DNA of 64,000 nucleotides from a virus (IMGVR_UViG_3300032280_000642:64001-128000); one strand, 5' to 3'. Positions 1 through 10,210 are shown, numbered from the stretch's first letter. The notes: generated from the sequence alone by a model not told the origin. Numbers and translations: made by a program.

Positions 1-1
1 T

Positions 2-595
2 TCTGCAACACAGTCAAAATTTCCAAAACCAGATGAGTCAACATATGATACTGGTGAACCAGATTTAGAGGGATTAAAAGATGCTAATAATCAAAGTTCG
101 ACTGCTGCAAAAACACAAGCAGAACTTGATAAAGAGATAGAAATGGCAAAAGAGATTACTGATGCACCAAAAGACGTTATTAATAGTAAAGGATTATCAT
201 TAGAATTTGTTAATGCCATAGAGAATAGTACCGCTGGTGGAAAATCACTAAAAGAATTAACTGCAAAAGGAAGTGGATTTAGTCCAAAGAACTTTATTGA
301 AAGATTAAAAGATCAGACAGTTAAGAGTGTTAAACAAGAATTAAAATTATTGGTAGATGGTAGAGTTAGCTTATTATCAAGAACTATTAACAAGCTTTTA
401 ATTGGTCAAGTTGGAGGTAAAGGAATTAGTCCACCACAGAATGTATACACGGGTCCTCAAGATCCTATGGGAATCGCAATGACTAACATTACTGATAGAT
501 TCTTCTATGATGTTAGAAATAACTTAGCAGACTTTGCAGGTGGTGCAATTAGTGATATATTAAACAGTGGTATTAGTAATATAATAAGAAGATAA
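2..595 (+). CDS. Hypothetical protein, 5'-truncated by window edge (probably baseplate region)
   Basis: The frame of ORF 143..595 stays open back to position 2; its stop overlaps the gp5-like start (TAATG). Confidence 0.6.
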   Translation, partial: SATQSKFPKPDESTYDTGEPDLEGLKDANNQSSTAAKTQAELDKEIEMAKEITDAPKDVINSKGLSLEFVNAIENSTAGGKSLKELTAKGSGFSPKNFIERLKDQTVKSVKQELKLLVDGRVSLLSRTINKLLIGQVGGKGISPPQNVYTGPQDPMGIAMTNITDRFFYDVRNNLADFAGGAISDILNSGISNIIRR

Positions 596-2709
596 TGGAA
601 GTAGATTCAGGTAAAACATATTTGGCAGTTGTAGAAGATAATAATGATGAGTCTAGAGATGGACGTGTAAGAGTTAGAGTATTTAATATACATGGAGATG
701 ATATACCAGTAGATCAACTCCCATTTGCGTCTCCGTGGAAGGATCTCAATGGTAACGGTAGTAATGTACCTGAAAAGGGTAAAATTGTAATGGTAGTCTT
801 TGAAAGTGGTAAAAAGGATAGTCCTGAATACATAGCGGCACAGCATTATAATATAAATTTAGAAAAGAAATTAGAATCATTATCCCCATCAGATTATCTT
901 TCTATGAAATCGCTTATATTTGACCATAAAACTCAAATATATGTTAATGATAAAGAAGGATTAAAATTAGACCATAAGTATAACAATGTTAATATAACCG
1001 AGAATACTATTGATTTTAACTTAAAAGATAATAATAGACACGTAAATATTGGAGATGCTACTGCTGGTCAACAAGCAATTCTAGGAAATCACTGGATGGA
1101 TTGGTTTGATGAGTTTGTAGATAATTTAATGGGTAATAAAGGAGGTCCTTATTTAGGTAACTTAGGAGCACCTGTTGTTGCCAATCCTGCTTTAATACAA
1201 ATTTTACAAAAATATAAGGCTTTAAGAGATCCCGTTTTCTTATCACATCACGTTAATATAGTAGATAATAATAAAGTTTCGACTGTTAAAAACACAACTA
1301 GACAAGATGATCCTCAAGTTGGTGATGCTTGGACTTCAACAGTAAAAGATAATACTCTTACTAAGAAAACTAATGATAATTTTAAACCAGTTGATGGACC
1401 AAAACCTGAGTATAATGATAAACATGTTGAACCTCCAATTGGTGGTTCTAGTAGTACACCTGGTGCAACAACACCAACTGGTGGAACTGCATCAACTGCC
1501 GGTACTGCAAGTACTGCACAAGTTACAGAAAATAGTCCTACAAAAGTACAACCGACAACAGATGGTACTGTTAATCCAAATCCACCTGCAGAACCATTGT
1601 CATCACCTACATCTAATCCAAAAATAGATAAGTTGATTAAATTTATGAAGTCTAAGAAATATCTAACATATGATACAATTGGATATCTAAATATAGTTGC
1701 TTTACAATCTACTAAGAAAGATAATGGTGAAGTAAGTAATAAGTTTGATGATACTTTAAATGTGTTTTATAAAAATTTAAAAGGTAATTGGGAACTAATG
1801 GAGTATCAAATTACTACAATGCCAGGTTATGTTCCTAAAACAGAGGAATTACCAATTGGTAATAAAATGTTGGCATTAGGACAATATGTTGAACAGTGTA
1901 GATTAGATGTTTCAGATCCTAAGAATAAAGTAATATTTGCAAACGAGTGTACTATACAAACTAATGACTCAACTAAAATTTATAATTATAAATCACCAAA
2001 AATTAATGTTAAATCTATACCACTACTTCATAAATCAAGTGATATAGGATCTGCAGAGTATGTATTTAACTATTCTGGTGGTGCACATGTTTTTAAAACA
2101 GTTTCTCAATGGGATCAATTTATTACACTATGTGAAAATCAAGTAAATGTCTCTAAGAAAAATACATTTAGTTATACTTTTGCTAAACAAAGTGAGTTTG
2201 ATAATTTTGTACCAACTGAAGTAAGTACACAAGATAAAAAACAACCTAATGTTGTTCCAAAAAGTGTTGATAAACCTAAAACCGCAACACCAGTTAAAGC
2301 ACCTACTCAAAGTATCGCCAAACCCACTCAAAATGTAGATCAAAAGTCATTTAATGATTATCAAAGAATTGTTAAAATAATAGAAAATATTTATAGGTTA
2401 GGTGATAATAATTTTACTGGAAATGGAAAACCATTATTTAAGGACTTCAAAGGATTTACTGATGATACTTCTGGTGCATTTAACCGATTAAATGAGTTAT
2501 TAGGATTAAAATCAATGTCAATAAAACAATATTGGTATAATAAACTTCCAATAAGTGGATTAACTACAACACATCAACAATTATTTAAAAATCAATTAAT
2601 TGGACTTAAATCTGCTACTCTAAGTAAAAGTAATTCATTTAATTTTAACCTACCTACACTAAAATCAGGTGAAGGTAATAAATTTATTACTATAAATGCA
2701 GATTTCTAA
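595..2709 (+). CDS. gp5/VgrG-like baseplate hub/spike protein: N-terminal OB-fold, S/T/P-rich linker, degenerate L,D-transpeptidase-like domain
   Basis: N-terminus AVVEDNNDESRDGRVRVRV...PEKGKIVMVVF matches the gp5/Vgr OB-fold pattern. Central NIVALQS..NKFDD..QITTMPG..LGQY..LLH..YSGGAHV resembles a YkuD-like domain. Confidence 0.7.
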   Translation: MEVDSGKTYLAVVEDNNDESRDGRVRVRVFNIHGDDIPVDQLPFASPWKDLNGNGSNVPEKGKIVMVVFESGKKDSPEYIAAQHYNINLEKKLESLSPSDYLSMKSLIFDHKTQIYVNDKEGLKLDHKYNNVNITENTIDFNLKDNNRHVNIGDATAGQQAILGNHWMDWFDEFVDNLMGNKGGPYLGNLGAPVVANPALIQILQKYKALRDPVFLSHHVNIVDNNKVSTVKNTTRQDDPQVGDAWTSTVKDNTLTKKTNDNFKPVDGPKPEYNDKHVEPPIGGSSSTPGATTPTGGTASTAGTASTAQVTENSPTKVQPTTDGTVNPNPPAEPLSSPTSNPKIDKLIKFMKSKKYLTYDTIGYLNIVALQSTKKDNGEVSNKFDDTLNVFYKNLKGNWELMEYQITTMPGYVPKTEELPIGNKMLALGQYVEQCRLDVSDPKNKVIFANECTIQTNDSTKIYNYKSPKINVKSIPLLHKSSDIGSAEYVFNYSGGAHVFKTVSQWDQFITLCENQVNVSKKNTFSYTFAKQSEFDNFVPTEVSTQDKKQPNVVPKSVDKPKTATPVKAPTQSIAKPTQNVDQKSFNDYQRIVKIIENIYRLGDNNFTGNGKPLFKDFKGFTDDTSGAFNRLNELLGLKSMSIKQYWYNKLPISGLTTTHQQLFKNQLIGLKSATLSKSNSFNFNLPTLKSGEGNKFITINADF

Positions 2710-2749
2710 TAAAATAAATTTAATATATAAAAGAAAATAATTTTTTATC

Positions 2750-2980
2750 ATGATAAATCCAAGATACCAAGTAACTATTTCTTATGTACCAACTTATAAA
2801 TCTGGTGTAACTGGAACACCAGGTATTAGTCTATACTCAGGTGGGCATTTTCAGGCATCTATGTCTGAAATTAAAATTTTTGCAACTGGTTCATCCTACG
2901 CAACGGCACTAACTAATCTACTAAATATTGCAACTGCGTCAACTACACTTGATAATGGTTTACCACCATTAGGTTCTTAA
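2750..2980 (+). CDS. Small hypothetical protein (late gene)
   Basis: 76-aa ORF with TAATATATA upstream and a terminator downstream. Confidence 0.6.
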   Translation: MINPRYQVTISYVPTYKSGVTGTPGISLYSGGHFQASMSEIKIFATGSSYATALTNLLNIATASTTLDNGLPPLGS

Positions 2981-2984
2981 AAAT

Positions 2985-3011
2985 AAAAATCCTCTTTAAA
3001 GAGGATTTTTT
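2985..3011. terminator. Bidirectional intrinsic terminator
   Basis: AAAAATCCTCTTTAAAGAGGATTTTTT between convergent genes. Confidence 0.8.
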
Positions 3012-3013
3012 AT

Positions 3014-4663
3014 TTATGCTACCTGACCACCACTTAATTTAGGACCAATATATCTATATGCAAATGTACCTGATGGATTTCTGTTTGTAACAGATTGCCA
3101 CTTTTTGACAGAGTAGTTTTGTTTAACTGCACCACCACCTCCACCTGCAAATCCTTTAGAACTATTTGATACTACATTCCAACTACCATCATTATTTTTA
3201 GTATTGATTACAACTCCTATATGACCTGATTGTGGCTCCTTTCTTGCGGTATTTAATATATCACCAGGTTGGGCATCCTGCCAAGGTATTCTAAGATATA
3301 AGCTAGTATTTGAGAACCAACCTGCAAGTTCTCCAGTTCCTTTACTACCAAAGTCACCAATTGATTTAGGAATAGATTTTACTGCTTTCCCTGTTCTCAT
3401 ATTAACACCAAACGCTCTGTAGAACATCATAGAAACTGCAGATGCACAACCTTTATTACCTCTATCAGTATCTTCAATATCATACGTTGGATGTCCAATG
3501 TGACTAATCGCAGACGTTATTAAATCTCCAATCCATTGTGAGTTTAGTAAATTAAATCCTTGTGTTGATGTATGTGAATATGTTGTTGGTAATGAAACAA
3601 CTTTCCCTGATGCTACCACTGGTGGTGTATAAGTATTTTCAGTAGATGTCTCTTGTATTGAACTTGAACGAGGATCTACATCAGGAATATTCACTGGTGC
3701 TTCGTCATCACCTACAAACTCACTTTCCTCGTATTCACTACTATCTACACCTTCTCCATCTACAAAGTCATCTTGTTCAGTATTAAGAGTTTCTTGTTCT
3801 AGTGATGGTTCTAATGGTGAATCTTTTGCAATACCTATATAAACTTTTAAAGATAAAACATCCTCTTTAACCTTAACTTTTTCATCTTGTAGATTAATCT
3901 TTATAGGTTCTTTCTTCTTGCTATCTGCACTTATGGCGGTTGCACCTATTGGTGTTGCAGGTACATCAGGCACAATAGGTTGTAAAGGACCTTTATAAGG
4001 TATTATAGAACAACTTTCATTAATTGGTAAACAAATTCCCAAATCATAGTTATCTACTTTTATTTTCCATTTTGATATTATTTCTGATATTATGTCTCTA
4101 TCCTTAATAGTACTTACATACTCCTGTGAGTTATTGCTATATTCAAAGTCACCATTTTTTCCTAAGGTAAAACCTTGTGTCTCACTAGAACTATTAATCT
4201 TAATAGTTTTTTTGAAACTAATATCAGTTGGTGTTAGTTCGTGCCCAGAATCATCACTATATTTTTGACCACCAACATCTTTAGTACCATCTTTCCACAT
4301 TATATAAACAACTGCACCATTATTTAAGTAATAAGGGTCACTTCCATAGTTTCTATAAATAGGTACTTTATTTTCCCAAGGATCTTGTATTATGTAATAT
4401 GATTTACCTTCGATTTTAGAGTTCATATTTATGAATTCACTTATGAATTGATCATCTGTGTAATCCTTATAAGGGCCGGTTTTTTTATATGTAGTTTCCA
4501 TCCAAACCTTTTTACCATCCGGTTTGAGTGGATTATAAACACCCACAACTACTCTTTCATCCGGTCCGAATGTTCGGTTTTGTTTAAAGATAGCAACTCT
4601 AATATCTAAAGTACCTGAGTTAATATCATTTCTTCTTACTCTTACTGCTTTTATCTCATCCAT
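3014..4663 (-). CDS. Virion-associated protein with C-terminal NlpC/P60/CHAP-like peptidoglycan hydrolase domain
   Basis: GCASAVS (Cys) ... AQPGDIL ... GHIGVV (His) ... SNSS, preceded by an acidic linker; lies in the baseplate operon. Confidence 0.65.
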   Translation of the reverse strand: MDEIKAVRVRRNDINSGTLDIRVAIFKQNRTFGPDERVVVGVYNPLKPDGKKVWMETTYKKTGPYKDYTDDQFISEFINMNSKIEGKSYYIIQDPWENKVPIYRNYGSDPYYLNNGAVVYIMWKDGTKDVGGQKYSDDSGHELTPTDISFKKTIKINSSSETQGFTLGKNGDFEYSNNSQEYVSTIKDRDIISEIISKWKIKVDNYDLGICLPINESCSIIPYKGPLQPIVPDVPATPIGATAISADSKKKEPIKINLQDEKVKVKEDVLSLKVYIGIAKDSPLEPSLEQETLNTEQDDFVDGEGVDSSEYEESEFVGDDEAPVNIPDVDPRSSSIQETSTENTYTPPVVASGKVVSLPTTYSHTSTQGFNLLNSQWIGDLITSAISHIGHPTYDIEDTDRGNKGCASAVSMMFYRAFGVNMRTGKAVKSIPKSIGDFGSKGTGELAGWFSNTSLYLRIPWQDAQPGDILNTARKEPQSGHIGVVINTKNNDGSWNVVSNSSKGFAGGGGGAVKQNYSVKKWQSVTNRNPSGTFAYRYIGPKLSGGQVA

Positions 4664-4664
4664 A

Positions 4665-5174
4665 TTATAATCCTCCTATTGAAAATCTTCCATCTTGTAT
4701 TCTAACAGGTTCTCTTGGTACATCTAAAACAACTGGTGGTAATGAATAATCATTTTCAAGATAAGCTTGTCTATTAGGATCAACTTTAGTTGCTTTATTA
4801 GGTAAGTTTGGAGTTGCCAATTGTTTAGTAACATCACTACTTAAATTTTCTAGATCATCATCATTATATCTAAATCTATCAAAATCTTCTGGATTTGGAT
4901 ATTTTAGAATAGTACCTGTTTTTATATTCAACGGATTATCTATATTATTTATAAAAAGTACAACATCTATATCTTGTAAATAATATTGTAACATACTTAC
5001 ATCATATTGATACATATTCATAAATATTAAATCAATTCTCATCTCATCATCTCTTGTTACTTCATATTCTTCTAGTGGAACATTTGCGTTGTAGATAAAA
5101 GTCGGTTGAAATAAATTATAAATATTTTGATCAGGATCAAATCTTACTTGTTTATATAAAGAGTATATGTCCAT
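4665..5174 (-). CDS. gp53-like baseplate wedge protein (LysM-like)
   Basis: YEV..EMRIDLI...INNIDNPLNIKTGTILKYP is the gp53/LysM-type pattern. Confidence 0.65.
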   Translation of the reverse strand: MDIYSLYKQVRFDPDQNIYNLFQPTFIYNANVPLEEYEVTRDDEMRIDLIFMNMYQYDVSMLQYYLQDIDVVLFINNIDNPLNIKTGTILKYPNPEDFDRFRYNDDDLENLSSDVTKQLATPNLPNKATKVDPNRQAYLENDYSLPPVVLDVPREPVRIQDGRFSIGGL

Positions 5175-5219
5175 TATCTATTTTAATTTTTTTTATAAGT
5201 AATTATTGTTCTCATATTT

Positions 5220-7388
5220 TTAGATGTTTAAAGGAATATTATTAAATACTGAAGGATCAAATGGTATAACACCAGATGTTTGTGTTGCAATTGGATTCAT
5301 TACACTCGAACTAACTTCATCTTTTGTTGACTGTGCTGCACTATTTACTGCAGCTTGTGCACCCGCAACTCCTGTATTTACTTGATTTTGTACTCCTGCA
5401 ACTCCTGCATTTACTTGATTTTGTACTCCTGCAACTCCTGCATTTACTTGATTTTGTACTCCTGCAACTCCTGCATTTACTTGATTTTGTACATTTGCCG
5501 CTGCCGCTTGTGCACTGGCTATATTACTTGAAGCAGCAGCAGTTAAATCATTAGTATTTGGTAAAGACTGTCCAAAGTTATTTGCAAAGGTAGGTATCGT
5601 ATTATCAGTTGCTTGAGGTCCTGCTGCCACAGTTGCAATTGCACCACTATTTACAGGGTTTGAAACTGCTGGTGTTATAGCTGGTTGATTTACTGCACCA
5701 CTTTGTAATGAGGTTGCTACTCCTGTATTAGAAGCTGTACCAACAGCATTATCTTGTTTAGTTCCTGTTTTAGTTGCATCTGTTGCATTTTGTTTGTCAC
5801 CTGGATTCATCTGCATATCATCTTTAATAGTAGTCGACACTCTAATACTACCTGCATTAAACTTAGCTATTATTTCTTGTAAACCCCAAGCTCTGGCATT
5901 CTGTAATGTAAAACTTGCTTTTATACTAGAAGGTAAATCATTAAACGCTAATGTTGGTCCTAATGTTAGTGTAACATCCTGATCCATATACATATCTCCT
6001 GCACAAAATATAGGTCTAAGTGGATTACCAATAGTAATGTGCCATGGAGTTGAAGGTGCACCTGTTAGTGCTCTTGCGATACCTTGTATTTCGATTTTAT
6101 ATTTACCTACGGTTCTTCTTAAAACAGAATCTGCTAGGTTTGTAATCTTATCAACTAATTTAGAAGTAGCATCTAATGCTGCAGTATCTGCAGTCTTTTT
6201 TTCTTCTGTCCCATTTTTCTTTGCTTCTGCTGCTGCCGCCTCATCCTTAGTGAAAGTATCTTTAACATTTTTTATGGCATCATCAATTTCCTTCTTAACT
6301 CCGGCTAGACCATCTTTTATTAGCTTAACCATATCAGTTATTATTGACGCAGGATCATTTGTCCATCTAGATATTGTTTGTTCAAATTTAGGAGTTAAAC
6401 CATAGTTTGAACTCTTTGATGTTCCGAAAACTAAAATCTTATTAAGTAAATCTTGAAAAACAATTGTTGGGTCAATACCAGAAAGAAATTTTTGTTCCCA
6501 TTCACACTCCATTTTTATAGAAACTGTACATTTTAAACCAGATCCCGCACCTTCATAACCAATTGTTTTTCTTCTTTTTGCTTCCTTTATAAGGTTTGGG
6601 TTACCAGATGGAAGAGGAACATTAGGATCGTCCTCCATAAGTCCAATTGATGTAAGAATCTGTCTTTGTAAGGACTCTGTAAATCCAGGAAGTGGAACAA
6701 CTGCAAGTGCACCACCAATCTTATCACCAGTTCTATCACCAAGAAAATCCTTACCTAAACTATTTAAAACATTTTTAAAATCCGCATCGGCATCTACCCA
6801 AGATTCACCAAAAGAAATTTCTAAAAAGTTTTCAGTTTGTGGTTTCCAAGAAATCATAATCGCCATTGCCAATGAATTTTCAACTTTTCCAAAAATATTA
6901 TCTAAATGTGGTTTTGTAAATCTTCTTGCAATCATTAATCTATTATTTGGATAAACTCCTATATCTTTAAGATATGCAAAGTCGGCAGGTCTTAATTGTG
7001 CTTCAGTTCCAGATAAGCGTTCTATTATATTTAATAAACTAGTATCATATACTTGGTCATTATGTAATTGTGCTTTCTTAATACCCAAATATTTTGACTT
7101 AACATCAAGTCTACCATTCTCGGTTCTACCAGTACCTATCATTCCATAAGGTGCAATAACAGTTGGTCCACTAAAAATAGATCTAGTACCTTGACTGATA
7201 TTCTCGGTTTTTACACCACCATAAGTATTATCTTCTAAGTTCTGAATAGGATAAACATCTTTACCACTATTATAGTTAGCAACATTGATATTTCTACTTT
7301 TACCACCATTAAATGTTGAAAAACCATTAATATCTCTAGTACTTTTTACACCAATAAGACCAAGTGGTGAACCACCTAAATTAGCCAT
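5220..7388 (-). CDS. Putative baseplate/tail-tube initiator (gp48/gp54-like) with C-terminal low-complexity repeat tail
   Basis: Adjacent to the gp53-like gene; PWHITIGNPLRPIF...FNDLPSSIKASFTL tube-like segment; late promoter upstream. Confidence 0.45.
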   Translation of the reverse strand: MANLGGSPLGLIGVKSTRDINGFSTFNGGKSRNINVANYNSGKDVYPIQNLEDNTYGGVKTENISQGTRSIFSGPTVIAPYGMIGTGRTENGRLDVKSKYLGIKKAQLHNDQVYDTSLLNIIERLSGTEAQLRPADFAYLKDIGVYPNNRLMIARRFTKPHLDNIFGKVENSLAMAIMISWKPQTENFLEISFGESWVDADADFKNVLNSLGKDFLGDRTGDKIGGALAVVPLPGFTESLQRQILTSIGLMEDDPNVPLPSGNPNLIKEAKRRKTIGYEGAGSGLKCTVSIKMECEWEQKFLSGIDPTIVFQDLLNKILVFGTSKSSNYGLTPKFEQTISRWTNDPASIITDMVKLIKDGLAGVKKEIDDAIKNVKDTFTKDEAAAAEAKKNGTEEKKTADTAALDATSKLVDKITNLADSVLRRTVGKYKIEIQGIARALTGAPSTPWHITIGNPLRPIFCAGDMYMDQDVTLTLGPTLAFNDLPSSIKASFTLQNARAWGLQEIIAKFNAGSIRVSTTIKDDMQMNPGDKQNATDATKTGTKQDNAVGTASNTGVATSLQSGAVNQPAITPAVSNPVNSGAIATVAAGPQATDNTIPTFANNFGQSLPNTNDLTAAASSNIASAQAAAANVQNQVNAGVAGVQNQVNAGVAGVQNQVNAGVAGVQNQVNTGVAGAQAAVNSAAQSTKDEVSSSVMNPIATQTSGVIPFDPSVFNNIPLNI
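5365..5492. repeat. 33-bp coding tandem repeat, ~3.9 copies (NAGVAGVQNQV)
   Basis: Unit GCAACTCCTGCATTTACTTGATTTTGTACTCCT at 5365, 5398, 5431, 5464 (first copy has one mismatch, last is partial). Confidence 0.95.
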
Positions 7389-7440
7389 AGATTTGAATTA
7401 TTTTTATAATACTATATATAAACAATTAGTAATCCTTTAT

Positions 7441-7830
7441 CTAATAATCTCTAATAATTTGGCTGTTGGAAAATTTTGAAAGGTTTGAGAAAACATCGTC
7501 TATAACTTCAGGGTTTCTTCTAAATTCATTATAAAATATTAGAACGTTAAAATTGTTTTCTCCAAGTATTTTTTTAAGGTTGAGTAGTTTTTCGATTGAG
7601 AATTCATTATCGAAGTCTGGAATATAATATATGTCCTTCTTTTTATCTATTGCTTGTTGTATTTTGTTAAAAATTAAAATTTTCAGGTACGTTTTATCTT
7701 CTGTAAAGTCAACCTCTTCTTCACTTATTATTTTATTTATATCGATAATATATTTATTTTTAATGGCATTCACCTTTATAAACTTATCGAACTTTTTACG
7801 GGTTTTGCAATAGACACAGAAGAACTCCAT
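7441..7830 (-). CDS. Hypothetical protein
   Basis: 129-aa ORF with TAATATATA on the minus strand ~25 nt upstream. Confidence 0.7.
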   Translation of the reverse strand: MEFFCVYCKTRKKFDKFIKVNAIKNKYIIDINKIISEEEVDFTEDKTYLKILIFNKIQQAIDKKKDIYYIPDFDNEFSIEKLLNLKKILGENNFNVLIFYNEFRRNPEVIDDVFSNLSKFSNSQIIRDY

Positions 7831-7895
7831 TCATTTTATTAATTTTTAACAATTTATATATAATATCTAATAAAGTCCCTTTAATTTTTAATAAT

Positions 7896-7927
7896 TTTTG
7901 TATAAAAATATACAAAAATATACAAAA
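7896..7927. repeat. Inverted plus direct TATACAAAA repeats (candidate operator)
   Basis: TTTTGTATA 7896-7904; TATACAAAA 7909-7917 and 7919-7927; directly upstream of the HTH gene. Confidence 0.55.
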
Positions 7928-7957
7928 GTGAGAGTGGTATTTTAATATATACTTTAT

Positions 7958-8101
7958 ATGAAAGCAAAAGAAATATTAGAAAAGTATAAAATTACAAGAA
8001 ATACACTTTGTAATTGGGTTAAAAAAGGATTGATAGAAGTTGAAAAAACTCCATCCGGTAGATATATCTATATAGATAAAATTAAAAAGAGTGATGAATA
8101 G
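7958..8101 (+). CDS. Small MerR/IS607-TnpA-type helix-turn-helix protein (47 aa, not in ORF track)
   Basis: MKAKEILEKYKITRNTLCNWVKKGLIEVEKTPSGRYIY matches the N-terminal DNA-binding domain of IS607 serine transposases and excisionase-like HTHs. Confidence 0.7.
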   Translation: MKAKEILEKYKITRNTLCNWVKKGLIEVEKTPSGRYIYIDKIKKSDE

Positions 8102-8798
8102 AGAAGTATATATTTATGCTTTGAGTTATGATGATGATATTAGATATATTGGTAGAACTTTTAATGTAAATAAAAGATTAAGACAACATATAAATGAATC
8201 CAATAAAAATAATACACATAAGTCAAATTGGATTAGAAAGGTTAAAAATATTAATATAGAAGTTATTGATGTTTGTAATGAAAACAATTACTCATTTTGG
8301 GAACAACACTACATATCCTTATATAGAAGTTGAGGATTTAATCTATTGAATATGACAATAGGTGGAGAGGGAGTATCTGGATATAAATATACAAAAGAAG
8401 ATAGATTAAAAAGATCTATTAAAATGTTAGGTGATAAAAATCATTTCTATGGTAAGAAACACACATTAGAGTCGAGAAAAATAATATCAGAAGTTGATAG
8501 ATGTGGTGAAAAAAATGCAATGTACGGTAAAAAACATAAAGAAATTTCAAAAAGTATTATGTCTAATAAAAAGATTGGTATTTATGATGGTGTCAATAAT
8601 CCCAGAGCAAAAAAGTTGTATCAGTATGATTTAGATAATAATCTAATTAAATGTTGGAATTTTGCCAAGGAATGTGCCGACTTTTATAACATTTCAAGAG
8701 GTAATATATCTACCTTTTCAAAAAATAATACTAATGTTGATTTAATTGGTGGAGGTAAATATAGAATATTATTAGGATTTATATTCAAATACCATTAA
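8091..8798 (+). pseudogene. GIY-YIG homing endonuclease with NUMOD3-like repeats, interrupted by in-frame TGA at 8331-8333
   Basis: VYIY...RYIGRT...RLRQH, then YRS*GFNLLNMTIGGEG (W expected at the stop), then HFYGKKHT and AMYGKKH NUMOD3 motifs; both ORFs are in the same frame. Confidence 0.75.
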
Positions 8799-8836
8799 TT
8801 AAAAATAATATATACATATACAAAAGAATTAAAGAA

Positions 8837-10210
8837 ATGGAAAAATATTCAGACAAATTCCTAAATCAATCAAGTAAACTTAAAAATGCCGTAGTAGGAT
8901 TTGAATTCGAAATGTACCTTAAAGACCTCTCTTTCTATAAAGCGTTAGAACTACTTAACCAAGAGTTAGACCCAGTAAAGGTTTGGGGATTTAGAGAGTA
9001 TCACTCTGGTTTTACTCCAGATGATAGAAACTTTAAAATTGAACCCGATTTATCCGGTGGTTCAAACATGGTTGAGTTAGTAACTGGACCATTAGATTAC
9101 TTTGATGCCAAATACTTTCTTGTTAAGATTATTAAGTTTATTCAAACTTATGGTTATACAAATGAGAAATGTTCTATTCACTTTAACTTATCTTTTAATG
9201 GTGAAAAAAACTTAAATGACTTAAATATACTAAAATTGATTTTAAATACTGATGAAGAAGAGATTTACAGATGTTATCCTTCAAGAAAGTCTAATGTTTA
9301 TGCGAAAAGTATTAAGAATATGATTCCTTATAAAGAGTATGACTTTTTTAACATTCCTATTTCAGTTGTTAAAAACAATATGAGATTACCAAATGATAAA
9401 TACTTTGGTATAAACTTTTTACACATCAATAATGATAAAGAAACTCAAAGATTGGAGTTAAGATATATTGGTGGTAAAGATTATGAAAAGAACTTAGGTC
9501 AATTAATTTACTTTATGGATAGATTTATTATCAATGTTTATGATTCTATCGATACATTATTTAATGCAGAAGACGTTAATAAGTTAGAAGAGTTCTTAGA
9601 AGAAAACATATCTAAATTCAAAAATCTTTCAAAATATGATAATTTTATTGTTGATTTCCCTAGTGTACAAATACAAATAGACCAAAATAATAACTATGAT
9701 ATGGTAAATACTTATTATGATAAGATTTATCCTAAGTTATTTAGTTTAGTAGAAGCCACAGAAGATTTAAAAGAATGTATCATAAATTATGTTGTCAATA
9801 CTCAAATAGTTGAGATAGTAGATGCTAATTTTAAATCTCTTTTAACAATCAGAGGATGTGACTTAATAAACTGTCAAGTTGAAGGAATATTTGAAGATTG
9901 TTTCTTTGTTGGTAGTGAAATAAAAAATTCACAATTAGTTAAATCTAAAATACAACATTCTGATGTTGATAATTCAAAAGTTCTTAGTTGTAAAGTAGAA
10001 CAAAGTGAGTTAGTGAACTGTTACTTTATGAATGGTTACCTTAATGGTAATATGACTGGTGGTGTATTCCGCTCAGGTGAATTAGGACCTTATGCTAATT
10101 TAGATTCAAGTGTTAAAGTTGTTAGTGATACTTCTAACTTCTTTGATACTACATTTGATGAGGATGATAAAGGTGATAAACAAGGAGATATAAAAGGATT
10201 TAAAAAGTAA
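8837..10210 (+). CDS. Putative amidoligase (COOH-NH2 ligase fold) with C-terminal beta-helix-like repeats
   Basis: VGFEFE, KIEPDLS, ELVTGP, TNEKCSIHFNLS, KYFGIN and LELRYIGG motifs; C-terminal IKNSQL/IQHSDV/VDNSKV periodicity. Confidence 0.7.
   Translation: MEKYSDKFLNQSSKLKNAVVGFEFEMYLKDLSFYKALELLNQELDPVKVWGFREYHSGFTPDDRNFKIEPDLSGGSNMVELVTGPLDYFDAKYFLVKIIKFIQTYGYTNEKCSIHFNLSFNGEKNLNDLNILKLILNTDEEEIYRCYPSRKSNVYAKSIKNMIPYKEYDFFNIPISVVKNNMRLPNDKYFGINFLHINNDKETQRLELRYIGGKDYEKNLGQLIYFMDRFIINVYDSIDTLFNAEDVNKLEEFLEENISKFKNLSKYDNFIVDFPSVQIQIDQNNNYDMVNTYYDKIYPKLFSLVEATEDLKECIINYVVNTQIVEIVDANFKSLLTIRGCDLINCQVEGIFEDCFFVGSEIKNSQLVKSKIQHSDVDNSKVLSCKVEQSELVNCYFMNGYLNGNMTGGVFRSGELGPYANLDSSVKVVSDTSNFFDTTFDEDDKGDKQGDIKGFKK

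Noticed and set aside
5365-5492. CRISPR array
   Set aside because: The 33-bp units are contiguous with no spacers and are in frame within a CDS.
7896-8101. Intact IS607 element
   Set aside because: No serine recombinase catalytic domain and no TnpB are present.
8331-8333. Genome-wide TGA-to-Trp (or TAG) recoding
   Set aside because: TGA is a genuine stop in ATGA gene overlaps (16892, 59202, 59618), Trp is TGG elsewhere, and long conserved genes are uninterrupted in the standard code.
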